Below, in pieces: positions 59,285 to 64,000 of a stretch of 64,000 bases of DNA. The notes under the pieces were generated by a model. The model was not told the DNA's origin, made no database searches, and was given only the letters and a program-made list of their open reading frames with translations. This stretch comes from Podarcis bocagei (Eukaryota). The stretch lies in NCBI GenBank assembly GCA_964188305.1, contig OZ076886.1. The stretch is one strand, 5' to 3'. The position numbers and the translations under genes were made by a program. Every line of letters begins with the position of its first letter. Positions within the stretch are counted from its first letter, which is position 1.

Positions 59285-60216
59285 CTGCATCGGAGGGATT
59301 CCTCTGAATGGTAAACTTGACTAGCAAAGGCAGCAATATTCAACATGTTTCTGAACAATATGGGGACAGGGTTTTTAGGGCAGGTTTATTTCCAAAAACG
59401 AAACAGCTTTGGCGTTGGGATCAGAATTATAGTACAAAACTTGAATTTAGCAGTCTAAAGTTTAGAGGAAGGGTGAGGTTTGCCTCGCATAACCGTCTCC
59501 TCACTCTCTGTTTTCTTATTGCCACTGGGATAAACAATATAGTAACAGGCCACCTCTGGAGTAACCCCCGTGTCTATTCCACGCACCCCGTTGGGTTTTC
59601 ACCGTCAGTCCCTCACACCTCTACCTGCTCCCCCCCCCAAAAAAAAAGCACAGTACAGACTAGAATAGCTTGTAGGCTCCGGTGCGAAATGCCTGTTCCG
59701 TTTCCAATCGCCTTGCTGGGACATCTGAGCTTCCCCAATGTCCGCGCGCCTCCGCTTGGAGAAATAAGGTAAAGGCTTTCTCTTCCACCTTGGCTCCCTC
59801 CATCTGGCTACAATTTTGACTGTCTTGGAGCGAGTGCGTGCGCCTGTGTGAAAGTAGAAATAAAACGGTCTAGCATTGCGATTTTATGAAGAAAAAAATG
59901 CCAGCAGTTCCATTTAGGATCGTTAGCAGCGTGATAAATTAGCTCCCCCTTCTCCCCGGCTCGCCTCCCCCCCCCCCACCCTCTTCTCCCGTCCCTCCCG
60001 GGCTCTCTCTTTGTGTGCGCGTGTTTATTTAATGGAACAGGGGCTGCCAAACACCTGTTCCCCCCCCCCGCGCCACGACGCGTGGCTTTTGTCTCGGCGG
60101 GCTCGGAGCTGAAATCGGGGACCAGGAGAGCGTTAGGAGACCGCAGCGTTGGGCGGGGTGTGCGGGAGAGCAGCTAAGGCGATTTCCCCCCCATTAGAGT
60201 TGTATTTGCAGTGCGA

Positions 60217-60219
<3 letters not shown>

Positions 60220-60257
<38 letters not shown>
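60220..60257. repeat. (GA)n microsatellite
   Basis: Dinucleotide run. Confidence 0.95.
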
Positions 60258-60260
<3 letters not shown>

Positions 60261-62371
60261 GGTGGAGGAGGAGAAGGACCGGGAAGAGAACTGCCCGGGG
60301 ATGCCTCAGCCAAAGGGTTGGAAATAAGAGGAGGAGGGGCCTGTTCTGAGTTCCAAATGGGGATCTCCCCAAGCCTGGCTGGCTGGCTAGCTGGCTGGCT
60401 GCCTGTCGATCCCTCACCCCCCACCCCACCCCCGCTTCCCAAACATATCATTCGGCAGCCTGGGGATATAGATCACCATATTCATACCGAGGCTGTATGG
60501 GAAACAGCCTGGAGGCAGACGACAGGGAAGAACGAACCAACAGTGCGCATTCTGATATGGATATACTATACAGACGATGCAGTAACGAGCGCGCAGCGTG
60601 CAAACAGCGTACCCGACCCCCCCCCCCCCATGCAGTGACAAGCCTGTGGTGCTCGGATCCTGGCGCGCCTGCGCGGCGATTGGAGGGAATGCCTGAGTCA
60701 GGTGGCGTCTCGCGCGTGCTCGCGTGGCCCGGGAGAACCAGCGGGGGGCGTCGCGGAGGCGCGAAGCTAGCCGAAGAGATTGCTGTAGGGCTGCGCCGGA
60801 GATTGCGACACTGCGCCGGAGACTTACTGGTCGGTGCGAGTAGAGAAGAAGCGGTTCCGGCGTCGGTGGGCGAAATGCGCGCAACACTCACGCAGCAGGG
60901 ACGACACACGGTGCCATTTCCCAAGCAGTCGGGATTTCCGTTGTCGGTGATGGTTTTTTCCGAAATCAACCCGAGAGGGCGCGTGTAACTGCAGAGTTTA
61001 CGCACATGACCTCACAGCAAGCAGGAGGACAAAAAATAAAATTAAAAAATAAAATAAAGAAATAATTATTGTCGAGCTGAGCTTTAGGTTCGTGGCATGG
61101 TCCGTTTCTACATACCACGAAATCCATATAAACTTTAAGCCGAGGTGGACCTGAATGCAGGCTCCAGGAAGACGATCGAGTCAATCTAACTCTCTTTTAT
61201 TCTTTTGCAAATTGGTAAAGGATCACAGCTCAATGAAAGAGTATCTGCTTTTCATGCAGAAGGTGTTAAGTTCAGTCATCTCTGGGTAGCGCTGGGAACG
61301 ACTCCCTCCCTGCCTGAAATCCTGGAGAGCCGCTGGCTGCTAGCCCGTGTAAGCAATATTGAGGTAGAAGGATCAGTGAACTGACTAGACTGAAGGCAGC
61401 TCCCGATGTTCCTCGCGTGGACAGAAGCACCTTCCTTTTTTCCTTTTTTCACTTGGCTGACCCAGCCAGCTCCGCTCCGCCCCTTTGCGCATTTGAAACC
61501 CATTTCCCCGTTGTGTCCATAGAGGCCGGCCAATAGCTTCGAAGAAGCTCGGTGGTGAGTGCGCGGGTGTTGAAACGAAGGTGTGCAGAGAGGGAGGCGT
61601 GTCTTGCTCTGCTCTGTGAATGAACCTGAGGTGTGCAGGTGTCAAAAGTACTCCGTATTAAATAAGAGAGCGAGCGGAGCATGTATGTGCAGAGGCGTGC
61701 CTTTGTTGCGCTTTGTGGCCTGTGTGCATTTGTGTGTGGGCGCAGGGCACGTGCCACGGTTCTGCAGCGCTCATTCATATGAACACCAGGACAATCTCTC
61801 ATTGCAAAGAAAGGGTCTTCCAGGTAAGTAAGTGCAGCCCAATCTTCAACGTGCCATCCGGAAACGAAGACTCAGCGGGTGCAATGAACATGGACTTTGA
61901 GGAATTGTGTAAAGCTAGGATCTCACCTTTCGCTTGATGATGCTCAGAAGTGCCCCTTGCAAGAGTCTGTGGGCGCCTCCGTGTATTCAGACAGCTGTGT
62001 CTCTTTTGCGTTTTGCTTTTTTCCTCTGGACTCTTGATGTGCATCTGTGCAGCTTGAATGGATGTGGGTGAGACGCGAGAGGAATCCTTGCAGCATAAAA
62101 GCGCTGACGGATGTCAATTTTATCCCGATTTGTGACCACCAAATTGTCCTGTCCCATCATGAGCCCTAAGGGCTGCTGGAGTCCCCTCTCACAACATGCT
62201 AATGGATCGAGGGATGTTGTGAATGTTCTTGATGTGAGCGTGGGGTCAGGGGTAGCAGTTACTATGGACGGGAAATCACCAGGAGGTGAACAGAACTGAA
62301 TCGTGGCAGCGCAAGGAGTCTTGCTTGTAGGAGATGATGTCAGGTTAGCAGCAAGTGTAGAGCAAGACTAT

Positions 62372-62498
62372 CATAGAATCATAGAACTGTAGAGTTGAGA
62401 GGGACCCTGAAGATCATCTAGGAATATGCGGTTGCCCCATACGGAATCGAACCTGCAACCTTGGCACTGTCAGCACCACGGTCTAACCAAATGAGCTG
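62372..62498 (-). mobile_element. tRNA-derived SINE with CR1-like (ATTCTATG) tail
   Basis: Reverse complement has a tRNA-like head with B box GGTTCGATTCC and tail matching 17943-17983. Confidence 0.8.
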
Positions 62499-64000
62499 TC
62501 CACTAGTCAGGGTGGTTGGCGCCAGAAGTTGTTGAGCTACAACTCTCATCATCCCTCACACCATTAACTATTTTGCTTGAGGCTGTTGGTGGCTGTTAGT
62601 CCAACACCGTCTGGAGGGCACCACGTTGGTTACCTCTGGCGTAGAGGGATGGGGTCCCGAGTGAGTGCTTTGGTGTGTGGTTTATGGGGGCAAAGGGCGC
62701 GTCTAACCCAATAAATACGGCGCGCGTCTCTCCTCCTGTCAGCCGTTCTGTCTCTGCGAGTGAGGCAGAGGGGAGGGGGAGGGGGCTGTTTTGCAAGTGA
62801 CAGGGAGGCGACACGTGGACAAGGCAGCCGCAGCTTCCTGCCTGGTGCAAAGGTGCCCCCTGCCCCGCACCCGTGTCCCTTCAGCCTGCATCACCCCTCT
62901 GGGAGAGGAGCCAAATACCAAATGCTACGCAGAGATGCCTTTGCAAGGGCTTGAGTCTGGGGAAAACCATCGCCCTGGCTAGTTACAGGCACTCTCATCT
63001 GATGAGGATGATCATTATCATTATCCACATAATTCGTGTCTCTATTGCCGGTGGAGCTCGCTGCAACGGGATGTAGCGCTGGCCACCAACTCGGGCGGCT
63101 TTAAAGAGGAAAGCCAGGCCAGGCCATGCTGGGCAAGGCTATCAATAGCTACTAGGCACGATAGCTAAATTCTGACTCCGCTGGTGGTGGCAGAAAGTCT
63201 GAGGAACAACAACGGGGGAGGGCTATTGTCCTGGATAGCTCAGTTGGCTAGTGTGCGGTGCTGATGACACCCAAACGCCCAGGGTTTTTTGGGGGGTGGG
63301 TGGGTAGGAAGGAAGCTAGTCTGAGCACAGTGTACCAAACCGAGAGGGCAACAGAAGATAGCAGCGCCCTTAGCTGGGATCGGGGGATGTGGAGAGGAGT
63401 CAGCGAATTTCTCCCTGCTGAAGAACTGAGATATCCCCAGCAAACATTCCCTGGCCTGCCCTTGGGATTCTTAATCCCAGTCCGAATATGAGCTTTTCTT
63501 CAGTTCCTGGAGATTTTACATTTCTTAATTTTTACTTTTCCTGAAATCTTTGTTCTATTGGACAGATGTGCATCCCACTTGCAACCATTTTTGTTAAAAA
63601 AACAGGTCAGATCCTATGATATTTCTCTTTTTTAAAAAAAATAATGGTAATTTTGTGGAGTAGAAAAACAATGCTGTCCCCCCCTTCGCCTTTCACACCG
63701 CCTTCAGGCTTTCCCTAGAATGAGTTGGGCAATCTTAAATCCCCTCCCTCCAAGAAAAACCTTAGCTTATCAGGATTCGCCCCTAAATTTCCACATACAC
63801 CCACACTGCCTTGCTTCGTAGTGAGTTCACCTCCTACCCAGCCGCCCAACCCGATGGGGTCCTCCATTTGTTGAAAACACTTGGCCGGGAAGGCCAAAGC
63901 AGAGCCAAGGCCCGCGCGTTGTGCATTTGGTCTCCAAACAAGCGGAGGGAAGGTCACGACCCTGAACCGAGGAACCCGAACCTTCCATGGCTGTATTTAG

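Noticed and set aside
60414-61005. Overlapping 157-185 aa ORFs
   Set aside because: GC-rich region open in several frames at once, with no domain and no coherent splice structure
63232-63285. tRNA-like sequence GATAGCTCAGTTGG
   Set aside because: Decayed SINE head with no T arm or acceptor stem, so not a tRNA gene
1-64000. CRISPR arrays, operons or other prokaryotic systems
   Set aside because: The sequence is intron-containing vertebrate DNA; no regularly spaced repeat-spacer array was seen

Overview
This is vertebrate genomic DNA from a squamate reptile, probably a lacertid lizard (inferred from Sauria-type SINEs, BovB LINE pieces and the MITE families). It holds two complete, convergently transcribed Polycomb PRC1 chromobox genes. 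CBX2 is on the + strand (5 coding exons, 27594-36933, 543 aa) and CBX8 is on the - strand (5 coding exons, 55663-53368, 364 aa); all introns are GT-AG and the spliced frames are open. Both genes have CpG-island promoters, and CpG-rich DNA extends through the intergenic gap and upstream of CBX8. The first 26 kb has no coding gene I can support; it is rich in transposons (SINEs, L2, BovB, Tc1/mariner and hAT MITEs, a solo LTR) and includes a 170-N gap. I see no evidence of a wholly new gene system. The best leads are regulatory or transposon-mechanistic: a strong-Kozak uORF ending 2 nt before the CBX8 start, MITE hairpins in a probable ~6.6-kb CBX2 3'UTR, a BovB insertion with an inverted 5' end, a telomere-motif hAT MITE, a possible short CBX2 isoform, and a possible divergent spliced lncRNA.
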